64,000 nucleotides of DNA from Chitinophagaceae bacterium (lineage in GTDB: Bacteria; Bacteroidota; Bacteroidia; Chitinophagales; Chitinophagaceae): the NCBI GenBank assembly GCA_016713085.1, contig JADJPV010000002.1, positions 1,575,352 through 1,639,351 of the forward strand, given 5' to 3'. The position numbers were made by a program, and so were the translations under genes. Shown here in pieces: positions 51,251 through 60,102 of this stretch (the first letter of the stretch is position 1; every line of letters begins with the position of its first letter). The notes beneath the pieces are model-generated. The model was not told the origin of the DNA. It made no database searches and saw only the letters and a program-made list of their open reading frames with translations.

Positions 51251-51904
51251 ATGATGAATCTTTTTTTTGAACAGTACAGTAACGATAAGTTCCATGCAGG
51301 CTCACATAATAATACGATTGACTTTGGTTTCACACAACTTGAGAAACTATATTATTTTCTGGGATTTCCCCGTATAGACGATATGAAAGCACATTTAAGA
51401 AGCTCCTATGAATACATTGAATTTAAAAAAGGTACTCAGTTAATCAGGAAGGGCGATTCCTGTAATTCGCTTTTTTTTATCATCAGCGGTTCAACAAGAA
51501 TTTTCACTTATACAGTTGACAATTATGAGCAGGTGTTTCTTCTCTCAAATGAAGGGAATATTGCAACATCTGTTACTTCATTCCTGAAAAACCAACCGTC
51601 TGATATTTTTATGGAAACCTGCCAGAAAACGAAAATGCTGGTATTGAAAAAAGATCGCTTTGAGCAGATTATGCAGTCAGAGTTAAACCCTTCTTATCTG
51701 CATCTGCTCTATAGTTTAAATGACAAATCTCTTTACTATCAAAAAAAACTTACCAGTATGCTTTATATGAACAGTAAGGAGAAACTCGACTACCTGTATA
51801 ACTCTTTTCCTGACATTTTCAATTCCTTTGCGGTGAAACATATTGCTTCACTTTCAGGTATTAAGCCTGAAACACTCAGTCGTATCCGTAAAACACTTGC
51901 TTAA
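51251..51904 (+). CDS. Crp/Fnr family transcriptional regulator
   Basis: cNMP-binding fold (LIRKGD...LFFIISG.TR) and C-terminal KHIASLSGIKPETLSRIRK. Confidence 0.9.
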   Translation: MMNLFFEQYSNDKFHAGSHNNTIDFGFTQLEKLYYFLGFPRIDDMKAHLRSSYEYIEFKKGTQLIRKGDSCNSLFFIISGSTRIFTYTVDNYEQVFLLSNEGNIATSVTSFLKNQPSDIFMETCQKTKMLVLKKDRFEQIMQSELNPSYLHLLYSLNDKSLYYQKKLTSMLYMNSKEKLDYLYNSFPDIFNSFAVKHIASLSGIKPETLSRIRKTLA

Positions 51905-52063
51905 AAAAACACCGGAACAGGTATCAAAGAGTTTTCACCTTATTGAAATAAACTTCCCTGTTTATCCATATGAACAACTATCAAGCAGAATGGAAGATTA
52001 TTTTCTGTAGATTTCATTGACACTCCTTTTATACAATGCTGTTAGCTGACAGAAGAAAACAAA

Positions 52064-52098
52064 AATGGACAACTCTTAAAAATTCAGAATTGTCCATT
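52064..52098 (-). terminator. Terminator after tRNA-Ala
   Basis: 13-bp stem AATGGACAATTCT/AGAGTTGTCCATT with a following T-rich tract on the minus strand. Confidence 0.7.
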
Positions 52099-52100
52099 GC

Positions 52101-52177
<77 letters not shown>

Positions 52178-52194
52178 ATTTATCATTTCAATTT

Positions 52195-52282
52195 ATCCTT
52201 CTCAGAACCGACAAACTTCCTGCTTATAAGCAGGACCGTCTATCCATCCCGATAGCTATCGGGAGAGTGACCCGTAAAGGAT
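52195..52282 (-). ncRNA. Candidate three-way-junction structured RNA in the tRNA-Ala leader
   Basis: Two perfect 18-bp palindromes (52218-52235 and 52247-52264) enclosed by an ATCCTT/AAGGAT closing stem, starting just downstream of a -7 promoter element. Confidence 0.45.
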
Positions 52283-52284
52283 GG

Positions 52285-52292
52285 CAAAGATA
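52285..52292 (-). promoter_or_regulatory. -7 promoter element TATCTTTG
   Basis: Exact TAnnTTTG upstream of the leader RNA and tRNA-Ala. Confidence 0.7.
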
Positions 52293-52332
52293 ATCGTACA
52301 GCTGAATGCAGCAAAAACATTTTCAATGTAAA

Positions 52333-52355
52333 AAGGCCGCTGTTCAGGCGGCCTT
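52333..52355 (-). terminator. Terminator after the lipoprotein gene
   Basis: AAGGCCGC-7nt-GCGGCCTT followed by a T-run on the minus strand. Confidence 0.8.
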
Positions 52356-52364
52356 CGTAATCTC

Positions 52365-52673
52365 TTATTGTTTTATTTTTTCTTCAATCTCATTCACCTT
52401 TTCTTTTAATTTTTCACCAGCTTTCTTCACATCTTTCTTAACCGGTTCAATCACTTTTTTCTGAAGGGTGTCGCCTATTTTGTTTCCCTTGCTTTGCAGG
52501 GTATCCACAATCTCATTTGCTTTTTCCTGTGCTTTGTCAATTGCATTGGATGTATCAGCTGCTTCAGCGGCTTCTGAAGATTCTACCTTTTGGTTATCGG
52601 TTTTATTTTCTGCTTCGTTATTGCAGGCAATAAAGAAAGACGCTAACAATAGAACGATGAATAATTTTTTCAT
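52365..52673 (-). CDS. Small coiled-coil lipoprotein, hypothetical
   Basis: Lipobox FFIAC; charged Lys/Glu-rich body. Confidence 0.8.
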   Translation of the reverse strand: MKKLFIVLLLASFFIACNNEAENKTDNQKVESSEAAEAADTSNAIDKAQEKANEIVDTLQSKGNKIGDTLQKKVIEPVKKDVKKAGEKLKEKVNEIEEKIKQ

Positions 52674-52732
52674 TTGTTATTTTTTTGAACTGTGAAATTA
52701 GTAATCGCCGGAAATAAATCAGGATACAGTTG

Positions 52733-54043
52733 TTATTTTTTTCTGAAAAATAACCGCATGGATGTTCCGGTAAAATCAAATGCTTTACGCAGCTGATTTT
52801 CCAGGTAATTCTTATAAGGTTGTTTTACATCATCCGGGTGGTTACAGAAAAATGAAAACGATGGAACCGGCGTTGGCAACTGTGTTACATACTTAATACT
52901 CACAGGTACGCCTCTTACAACCGGCGGATGGAAAGCCTGGATCGATTTCTGCACCGCTTCATTTAATTCAGAGGTTGCAATTTTACGTTGCCTGTTATCA
53001 ACAACCTGCAAGGCAGCTTCAATAGCCTGCATGATTCTTGTTTTTTCAGTTGCAGAAATAAACAGGATCGGAATATCATTAAACGGAAGAAGACGGTTCT
53101 TTAATTCCTTTTCGTAATCACGGGCAGTGTTGGTTTCTTTTACAATCAAGTCCCACTTGTTCACCAGCATCACAATCCCCTTTCCTTTCTTTACTGCTAA
53201 AGAATAAATATTCAAATCTTGTTGGGAAATTCCTTTCTCTGCATCAATAATGAGCAAACAAACATCTGCTTCATCCAGTGCACGGATGGCACGGATCACA
53301 GAATAAAACTCCAGATCTTCATTCACTTTTGTTTTACGGCGTATCCCGGCTGTATCAATGAGAATAAAATCCTTACCAAACAGTTTATACTTTGTATGAA
53401 TCGTATCTCTTGTTGTACCTGCAATATCACTTACAATGGTTCTTTCTTCACCAAGTAAAGAATTCAACAAAGATGATTTACCAACATTCGGCTGACCAAT
53501 AATCGCAATCTTTGGAATTGTTGATTCAACTTCATCTTCCTGGTCAGCAGGAATCAACTCTGCAATTCCATCTAATAATTCACCAGTGCCGCTACCAGAC
53601 ATACTGCTGAGAAAAAAAATCTTGTCGAAACCAAGCGTATAAAATTCACTTGCTTCCAGCAGGCGTTCATGATTATCTACTTTGTTAATCGCCAGAAAAA
53701 CCGGTTTGGTGGAACGGCGCAATACATCGGTCATTGCTTCGTCAAGGTCAGTAACTCCTGTTGCAGCATCGCACATAAACACAACTGCATTTGCTTCATC
53801 CAAAGCTATTTTCACCTGTTTACGGATCTCTGTTTCAAAAATATCTTTGCTGTCGGGAACAAATCCACCCGTATCAATGATATTAAACGACTTTCCATTC
53901 CAGTCGGCCACACCATACTGGCGGTCACGGGTAACCCCGCTTTCATCATCCACAATAGCTTTACGCTCCTGCAATAATCGATTGAAGAATGTACTTTTTC
54001 CCACATTGGGTCTGCCCACAATTGCAACGGTAAAACCTGCCAT
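52733..54043 (-). CDS. der: Ribosome biogenesis GTPase Der (EngA)
   Basis: Two GTPase domains (GRPNVGKST, GQPNVGKSS, DTAG) and a KH-like tail. Confidence 0.99.
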   Translation of the reverse strand: MAGFTVAIVGRPNVGKSTFFNRLLQERKAIVDDESGVTRDRQYGVADWNGKSFNIIDTGGFVPDSKDIFETEIRKQVKIALDEANAVVFMCDAATGVTDLDEAMTDVLRRSTKPVFLAINKVDNHERLLEASEFYTLGFDKIFFLSSMSGSGTGELLDGIAELIPADQEDEVESTIPKIAIIGQPNVGKSSLLNSLLGEERTIVSDIAGTTRDTIHTKYKLFGKDFILIDTAGIRRKTKVNEDLEFYSVIRAIRALDEADVCLLIIDAEKGISQQDLNIYSLAVKKGKGIVMLVNKWDLIVKETNTARDYEKELKNRLLPFNDIPILFISATEKTRIMQAIEAALQVVDNRQRKIATSELNEAVQKSIQAFHPPVVRGVPVSIKYVTQLPTPVPSFSFFCNHPDDVKQPYKNYLENQLRKAFDFTGTSMRLFFRKK

Positions 54044-54126
54044 AATAAAATTATAAAGTTGGCGAAGGTACTGAATTAAACAGTAAGAAGACCGGTCTAT
54101 CTCAATCCGGGCGTCACGATGCCCTC

Positions 54127-54996
54127 TTAATTGTAACCGTATTCCTTTAAAAACATGTCACTATCACGCCACTTGGGTCTTACTTTCACGAAGAGTTCAA
54201 GGAACACTTTTGAATCCACAAACTTCTCAATTTCAACCCTTGCAAGGCTGCCGAGTTTCTTGATCATTTCACCCTTTGTGCCCAGCAAAATACCTTTCTG
54301 GCTTTCACGCTGTACAATAATTTCAGCTGAAATCTTAATTAAGGATGTTTTTTGTTCAAAAGCAGTAACAACTACGGTGGTATGATAAGGGATCTCATCA
54401 CTGAAGAGATCAAATATTTTTTCACGAACCAGTTCGGCTACAAAAAAACGGGTGCTCAGATCCGTTAGCTGATCTTCTTCAAAGAAAGGCTCGCCTTCAG
54501 GAAGCAGGTCGAGAATAGGTTTGATAAATGCTTTGATATTGATACCTGATAAAGCAGTGATGGTGATTACCTGTTTGCAATAAGGCCTTGCTTCAAAAAA
54601 AGCCTTGGCTTCAGCCAGCTTCGCTGTATCAACCAGGTCAATCTTATTCAGTACAACAACTGTAGGAACTTTTAACTTCAGTGATGCAAATAACTCATCA
54701 TTTTCCTGCCAGTTGTCTTTGATGTCGAGTAACAGTAACGCCACATCAGCATCTTCCAGTGCACTCTTAACACTGCCCATCATTTTTTCCTGCAGTTTGT
54801 ACTTGGGATCAATGATACCGGGCGTATCAGAAAATATAATCTGGTATTCCTTAGTAGTAAGAATCCCTTTAATACGATGCCTGGTTGTTTGCACCTTTGG
54901 TGAAACAATGGCTAATTTTTCTCCCAACAGAGCATTCAGCAAAGTGCTTTTGCCTGCATTGGGTTTACCAAATATGTTTACAAATCCAACTTTCAT
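54127..54996 (-). CDS. era: GTPase Era
   Basis: GKPNAGKSTL, QTTRHRI, DTPG, NKID and the KH motif SQKGILLG.KG. Confidence 0.99.
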   Translation of the reverse strand: MKVGFVNIFGKPNAGKSTLLNALLGEKLAIVSPKVQTTRHRIKGILTTKEYQIIFSDTPGIIDPKYKLQEKMMGSVKSALEDADVALLLLDIKDNWQENDELFASLKLKVPTVVVLNKIDLVDTAKLAEAKAFFEARPYCKQVITITALSGINIKAFIKPILDLLPEGEPFFEEDQLTDLSTRFFVAELVREKIFDLFSDEIPYHTTVVVTAFEQKTSLIKISAEIIVQRESQKGILLGTKGEMIKKLGSLARVEIEKFVDSKVFLELFVKVRPKWRDSDMFLKEYGYN

Positions 54997-55002
54997 AAAA
55001 GA

Positions 55003-55037
55003 AGCTGCTTGCTGTAAGCTGCAAGCTACACGCTATT
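55003..55037. repeat. Five degenerate 7-nt tandem repeats (nGCTRyw)
   Basis: AGCTGCT TGCTGTA AGCTGCA AGCTACA CGCTATT, upstream of era. Confidence 0.6.
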
Positions 55038-55050
55038 AACTTAAAAAGAA

Positions 55051-55071
55051 AATCCCGCCAGAGGCGGGACT
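55051..55071 (-). terminator. Terminator after tRNA-fMet
   Basis: Minus strand AGTCCCGCC-TCT-GGCGGGATT followed by TTCTTTTT. Confidence 0.8.
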
Positions 55072-55074
55072 TTG

Positions 55075-55146
<72 letters not shown>

Positions 55147-55156
55147 GAATGGACGG

Positions 55157-55164
55157 CAAAAGTA
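55157..55164 (-). promoter_or_regulatory. -7 promoter element TACTTTTG
   Basis: Exact TAnnTTTG 10 nt upstream of the tRNA. Confidence 0.7.
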
Positions 55165-55241
55165 AGGGTAAATAGCATTGCACCCAAAACAAAGAGGCAG
55201 AACTTTTATTCTGCCTCTCTGCTCATCATCAAGTATGAAAC

Positions 55242-55976
55242 TTATTTTGAATTTCTTTTCTTTAAACTGGAAGCACCACTTGTTTTAAAATCACTGATCA
55301 TGGCTGATCCTTTATATTCTATATCACTTGCCCCGCTTGCATTTGCACGCAGATCTTTATTAACAGTAATCCTGATATCAGATGCGCCGGAAGCTTCGGC
55401 TTTACAATTTTCAGTTACAAGGTCGAATCCTTTAAAATCACTGGCACCACTTACTTCAATAGTAAGATTGGTTACACTTCCTTTGATATTTGCATCTGAT
55501 GCACCGCTTTGATCCACCACAAGATCAGTATAATTCAATTCGCCTTTTAAACTGGAAGCACCGCTTAATTCTAGTTTCAGTTTACTGCCTTTCAGTACAC
55601 CATCCACTTTTACATCACATGCACCGGAAGCTTCAATATAATCAAGATTCTTTACTGAAATATAGGCTTTCAGTTTCCTGTTTTCACTGCTCCATTTCCA
55701 TACTTTATTATCATTATCGTAAGAAATACGGAGAACACCATTGATCACTTCGGTTTTAATACGGCTGCGGAATTTTTCTTCGCTGGCACTTACTACAACA
55801 CCTTCACTGCTCCCCTGCTGAATGATGACATCAAATGCATTCGACACTTTAATACCGTGGAAACTGCCCACTGTTCTTGCCTGTGCATTTTTATCGTTGA
55901 TCACTGTTACATCCTGTGCAGATACAATGCTGAATACAGCAACCAGTACAACAAATGATAAGATTATTTTTTTCAT
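55242..55976 (-). CDS. Head GIN domain (DUF2807) protein
   Basis: Signal peptide; R.VGSFHGIKVS; repeated SGAS beta-solenoid motifs. Confidence 0.88.
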   Translation of the reverse strand: MKKIILSFVVLVAVFSIVSAQDVTVINDKNAQARTVGSFHGIKVSNAFDVIIQQGSSEGVVVSASEEKFRSRIKTEVINGVLRISYDNDNKVWKWSSENRKLKAYISVKNLDYIEASGACDVKVDGVLKGSKLKLELSGASSLKGELNYTDLVVDQSGASDANIKGSVTNLTIEVSGASDFKGFDLVTENCKAEASGASDIRITVNKDLRANASGASDIEYKGSAMISDFKTSGASSLKKRNSK

Positions 55977-55999
55977 GTGTATATGTTTTGATGTTAAGA

Positions 56000-56722
56000 T
56001 TAATCGTCTTTACGGCGGATGATAGAACCAACATTAGTTCCCACTTCACTGATCTTTGCTGTGCCTTTATAATAAATACTTCCGCCGGTGGATGAATATA
56101 ATTTCATTTCATCGTTCACTGTTACTTCTATTTTGGCACCTGTGGTCGAACGGATATCTGCTTTACCGGCAGACAAAGTATATGCTTCCACTCTGCCTCC
56201 ACTGTTGGCATGCACATTAAATGTTCCAACTGAACCCGACACTGAAACCTTCGCACCACTTTCTGATTCAACAATCAGTTTACCTGCTTCAACCTTCCCT
56301 TTAAAATCGGCACCCGATTGAAGATAGAGACTAAGCACTTCTTCCTTTATTACACCCTCCACTTTCACAGAGCTTCCGGCATGGGCAGTAAGTTTATCCA
56401 GAGTTTTGAAAGAGATATATACTTTGAGTTTTTTGCCGGTGCTTGTCCAGTCGCTGAAAGATTCACGATCATAATAAATTTTCAACTGGCCATCTTCCAC
56501 TTCTGTTTTCAGGCGGGAGCGGTATTCATCTCTGGAGGCACTTACCACCACTTTATCTTCATTTGACTGGGTAAGATACAAGTCAATCCCGTCGGTTACT
56601 TTAATGGAACGGAATGGCTTCACCGTCCTTGTTTCAGCATTCGGATCTTCAATTTTGGTTTCCTGGGCCTTTGCCAGCAGGAAAAAAGACATAGCGATAA
56701 GGGTGAACATCAATTTCTGCAT
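56000..56722 (-). CDS. Head GIN domain (DUF2807) protein, tandem paralog
   Basis: RTVKPFRSIKV..GIDLYL; SGA/SGG repeats; IYYKG tail. Confidence 0.88.
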   Translation of the reverse strand: MQKLMFTLIAMSFFLLAKAQETKIEDPNAETRTVKPFRSIKVTDGIDLYLTQSNEDKVVVSASRDEYRSRLKTEVEDGQLKIYYDRESFSDWTSTGKKLKVYISFKTLDKLTAHAGSSVKVEGVIKEEVLSLYLQSGADFKGKVEAGKLIVESESGAKVSVSGSVGTFNVHANSGGRVEAYTLSAGKADIRSTTGAKIEVTVNDEMKLYSSTGGSIYYKGTAKISEVGTNVGSIIRRKDD

Positions 56723-56784
56723 AATATTCGTTTTGTATGATACGGCTCACCAAAGCAGAATGTTACAGGTATCCTAAAACAATT

Positions 56785-56792
56785 TACCTTTG
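56785..56792 (+). promoter_or_regulatory. -7 promoter element TACCTTTG
   Basis: Exact TAnnTTTG upstream of the TPP riboswitch. Confidence 0.7.
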
Positions 56793-56830
56793 ACCCGTCA
56801 AAAAGCGGTGAATGCCGGTTTTGACACAGA

Positions 56831-56918
56831 TTCCCCGGGGTGCTAAACTCCTGCCAACCGCAGGAGAGCTGAGATCAAACCCGTAGAACCTGATCAGGGT
56901 AATGCCTGCGCAGGGAAG
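56831..56918 (+). promoter_or_regulatory. TPP riboswitch
   Basis: GGGGTGC...GCTGAGATCAAACCCGTAGAACCTGATCAGGGTAATGCCTGCGCAGGGAA core; P1 TTCCC/GGGAA; a downstream pyrimidine tract suggests terminator control. Confidence 0.96.
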
Positions 56919-56988
56919 GAGGTTCTATATTTCCCCTCTTTTCGTTTCGCAGCATTTCCGACTCAATTTTTAACTGTAAAAAGTGTAA

Positions 56989-59487
56989 ATGATGATGAAA
57001 AAATTGATGCTGGGAATGTTGGTGATTGTATCACAACAAATTTCAGTGGCTCAGTACAAACTGAGCGGAAAAGTCAACGACGGAGCAACCAATTCTCCGC
57101 TTGAAAATGCAACTGTAGAAATCAATCAAACTGCAGTTACGCAAACCAACAGTGCCGGAGTATTCAATACCGGACTATCAAAAAAAGGAACCTACCGGAT
57201 CCGCATCAGCAGCGTAGGGTACAAAACATGGGAACAGGTATTTGTCGTATCCGACAAAGAAACAACTCTCAGTTTTTCACTGGAACAGCATAAGCTGTTT
57301 TTAAAACCCATTGAAGTAACCGCCATCCGTGCAGGCGACCGTATGCCCTTCAGCAAAACCAATCTCAACAAAAAAGAAATTGAGAAAGTAAACCTCGGGC
57401 AGGACCTTCCCTTCATTGTCAATCAAACTCCATCCGTGGTGGTAAATTCTGATGCAGGAAACGGAATTGGTTACACCGGTATCCGCATCCGTGGTACTGA
57501 TGCAACAAGGATCAACATGACATTGAATGGCATTCCTTACAATGATCCGGAAAGCCAGGGATTGTTTTTTGTGAACCTTCCTGATTTCTCTTCTTCGGTA
57601 AGTTCTATCCAGATCCAGAGAGGGGTTGGTACATCTTCCAATGGTGCAGGTGCATTTGGTGCCACATTAAATCTCAGCACCAATGAGTTTAACGATAAGC
57701 CTTATGCAGAACTGAACAATGGCTTCGGCAGTTTTAACACATGGAGGCAAACCATTAAAGCAGGAAGCGGTTTGATGGGCAATCATTTTACCGTTGATGC
57801 AAGATTATCATTTATCAACAGTGATGGATTTATCGACAGAGGCGCATCGAAGCTCAGTTCATTGTATTTCTCAACTGCTTATATCAACAATAAAACATCC
57901 ATCCGTTTTAATGCCATCACCGGTAAAGAAAAAACCTACCAGTCATGGAATGGTATTCCTGAATATAAATTGCATCGCAACGATGCAAAGCTCATGGAGC
58001 ATTACTGGAACAACAGTTATCCAACAACAGCAGATTCACTGAACCTGTTTGATAATAATAATAACAGAACCTACAATGTATTCACTTATAAAAATCAAAC
58101 CGATAATTACCAGCAGGATCATTACCAGTTATTCTTCAATCATGAACTGAACAAAGCCTGGAATTTCAATGCGGCTTTCTTCTTAACAAGAGGCCGTGGT
58201 TATTATGAAGAATACAAATACAAGGAAGACCTCGGCGATTATGGACTAAGCAGTGCAGTTGATGCAGACATCATCCGTCAGCTCTGGCTCAACAACTGGT
58301 TTTACGGAACCACCTTTTCTGCTCAATACAAAAAAGACAAGGACCAGCTAACCATTGGCGGAGCATATACCCGTTACAAAGGTTTGCACTATGGAAAAAT
58401 CATCTGGAGTGAAGTATCTGTACCCAAAGATTATAAATGGTATGATTTGAATGCATTTAAAAATGATTTCAACATCTATACAAAATACCAGCGCCGCATT
58501 GCAACAAGATGGGAAGCATTTGCAGATCTGCAGTTCCGTTCTGTAACATATACCATTAATGGCTTCCGTAAAACACCAACCCTGAAACTCGATAACCAAT
58601 TCAATTTCTTTAACCCGAAAGTTGGATTGTCTTAGGCGGATAGTAAAGGATGACTTGGTTTTATATCCGATAGTGTTGGAAATAAAGAACCCAACCGTGA
58701 AGATTTTGAAGCAGGTGTAAACCAACAACCAAAACACGAAACAGTATACGATCTTGAATTAAATATTGAACAGCCTAAAGAAATGTATAACTGGAGCGTT
58801 ACGGGTTACTACATGCATTATAACAATCAACTTGTCCTTACCGGAAAGGTTAATGACGTTGGTGCTTACAATCGTATCAATGTTCCAAAAAGCTATCGTG
58901 CGGGTGTGGAATTACAGGCAGGTATAAAACCCATCAGCTGGTTTAATGCAAGCGGTAATCTAACGCTGAGCAGAAACCGCATCCTCAACTTTACAGAATT
59001 TGTTGATGATTATGATAATGGCGGACAGCAGGAAAATAAATTTACTTCTACACCACTTTCCTTCTCGCCTGCTGCAGTTGCTGGACTTACGCTTAACTTT
59101 ATTCCTTTTAAGAATATGGAGATCAGCTTACTTAACAAATATGTATCACGCCAATTTCTGGATAACACAGGAGATGTAAAAAGAAGTATTGATCCATATA
59201 GTTCACGTGACAAGCAGCCTAACTTAAGCTTAAACACCGGACAACAATATCAATATGGGAATTACGGTATACCATTTGTGACCGATTTACGGCTGCAATA
59301 TGGCATCCATTTAAAAAGAATTAAAGAAATTAATTTGACATTCCAGCTCAACAATGTGTTTAATGAACTGTACGAAACCAATGGCTATACCTTCAGCTAT
59401 ATCTATGGTGCACAAACCATCACCGAGAATTTTTATTATCCCATGGCCGGAATAAATTTCCTCGCCGGTATCAATATAAAACTCTGA
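56989..59487 (+). pseudogene. TonB-dependent receptor (thiamine-related), interrupted by in-frame TAG (58633) and TGA (58651)
   Basis: CarboxypepD-like N-terminus, plug (GYTGIRIRG.D.TRIN, IQRGVGTSSNG) and a barrel ending GINIKL. Both ORF halves are in the same frame. Confidence 0.88.
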
Positions 59488-59494
59488 TAAAAGA

Positions 59495-59528
59495 AAAGAG
59501 GTGATCGAATTCATTCGATCACCTCTTT
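59495..59528. terminator. Strong bidirectional terminator hairpin
   Basis: About 16-bp perfect stem AAAGAGGTGATCGAAT-TC-ATTCGATCACCTCTTT between convergent genes. Confidence 0.85.
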
Positions 59529-59579
59529 ATATATTTTCCTTGTATTTCTCCTTTCCTCCTCTCCTCTGCGTGAAACCAT

Positions 59580-59689
59580 GTGCCGTAGGTACATCTCATA
59601 GGTTGAATCATTAATGAAAGCATCACACGTTCCTTCGGAACGTTTCATGCTTCTTATTAGTTTATTACTCGGTACCGTCCCTACGGGAC
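59580..59689. mobile_element. Candidate 110-bp MITE/REPIN-like element
   Basis: 13-bp imperfect terminal inverted repeats GTGCCGTAGGTAC / GTCCCTACGGGAC; central hairpin CGTTCC-TTC-GGAACG. Confidence 0.5.
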
Positions 59690-59782
59690 ATCACAACATA
59701 AAAAAGTGAGCACTTCTTCAAGCCTCACCAAAACTATTTTCTTCTCTGTGTTTCTTCTTTCCTCCACTCCTCTGTGTTGAAA

Positions 59783-60091
59783 CTACCCTCCGAACTTCTC
59801 TCTCCACGCAAGCATCCCGCCCGTTACATTCACTACATTTTCAAAACCCAATGTTTCTGCAAACATACAGGCCTGTCCGCTGCGGTTACCACTGCGGCAA
59901 TAGAAAATCACTTCCTGGTCTTTTAAATTTTCAATGACTTCCACATCCATATTGCGGATATTTCCCAACGGATGAAGGATGCCCCCGATATTAAATTCTT
60001 CATGTTCATTTGGTTCACGGACATCTACAATATTCAATTGTTCGCCAGCATCGATTCTTGCCTTTAATTCTTCAACAGTTATTGTTCGCAT
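59783..60091 (-). CDS. Rhodanese-like domain protein
   Basis: IVDVREPNE and YCRSGNRS motifs. Confidence 0.95.
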   Translation of the reverse strand: MRTITVEELKARIDAGEQLNIVDVREPNEHEEFNIGGILHPLGNIRNMDVEVIENLKDQEVIFYCRSGNRSGQACMFAETLGFENVVNVTGGMLAWREKFGG

Positions 60092-60102
60092 GATTGATAG
60101 TT

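Noticed and set aside
58633-58653. Stop-codon reassignment (TGA=Trp, TAG=Tyr) as the explanation for the receptor stops
   Set aside because: TGA and TAG end many intact genes here (DeoR, isomerase, kinase, rhodanese), and no other long gene has internal stops.
56989-59487. TonB receptor as the missing SusC of the galactan locus
   Set aside because: It is TPP-riboswitch controlled, shorter than SusC, lacks SusC signature motifs and has no SusD partner.
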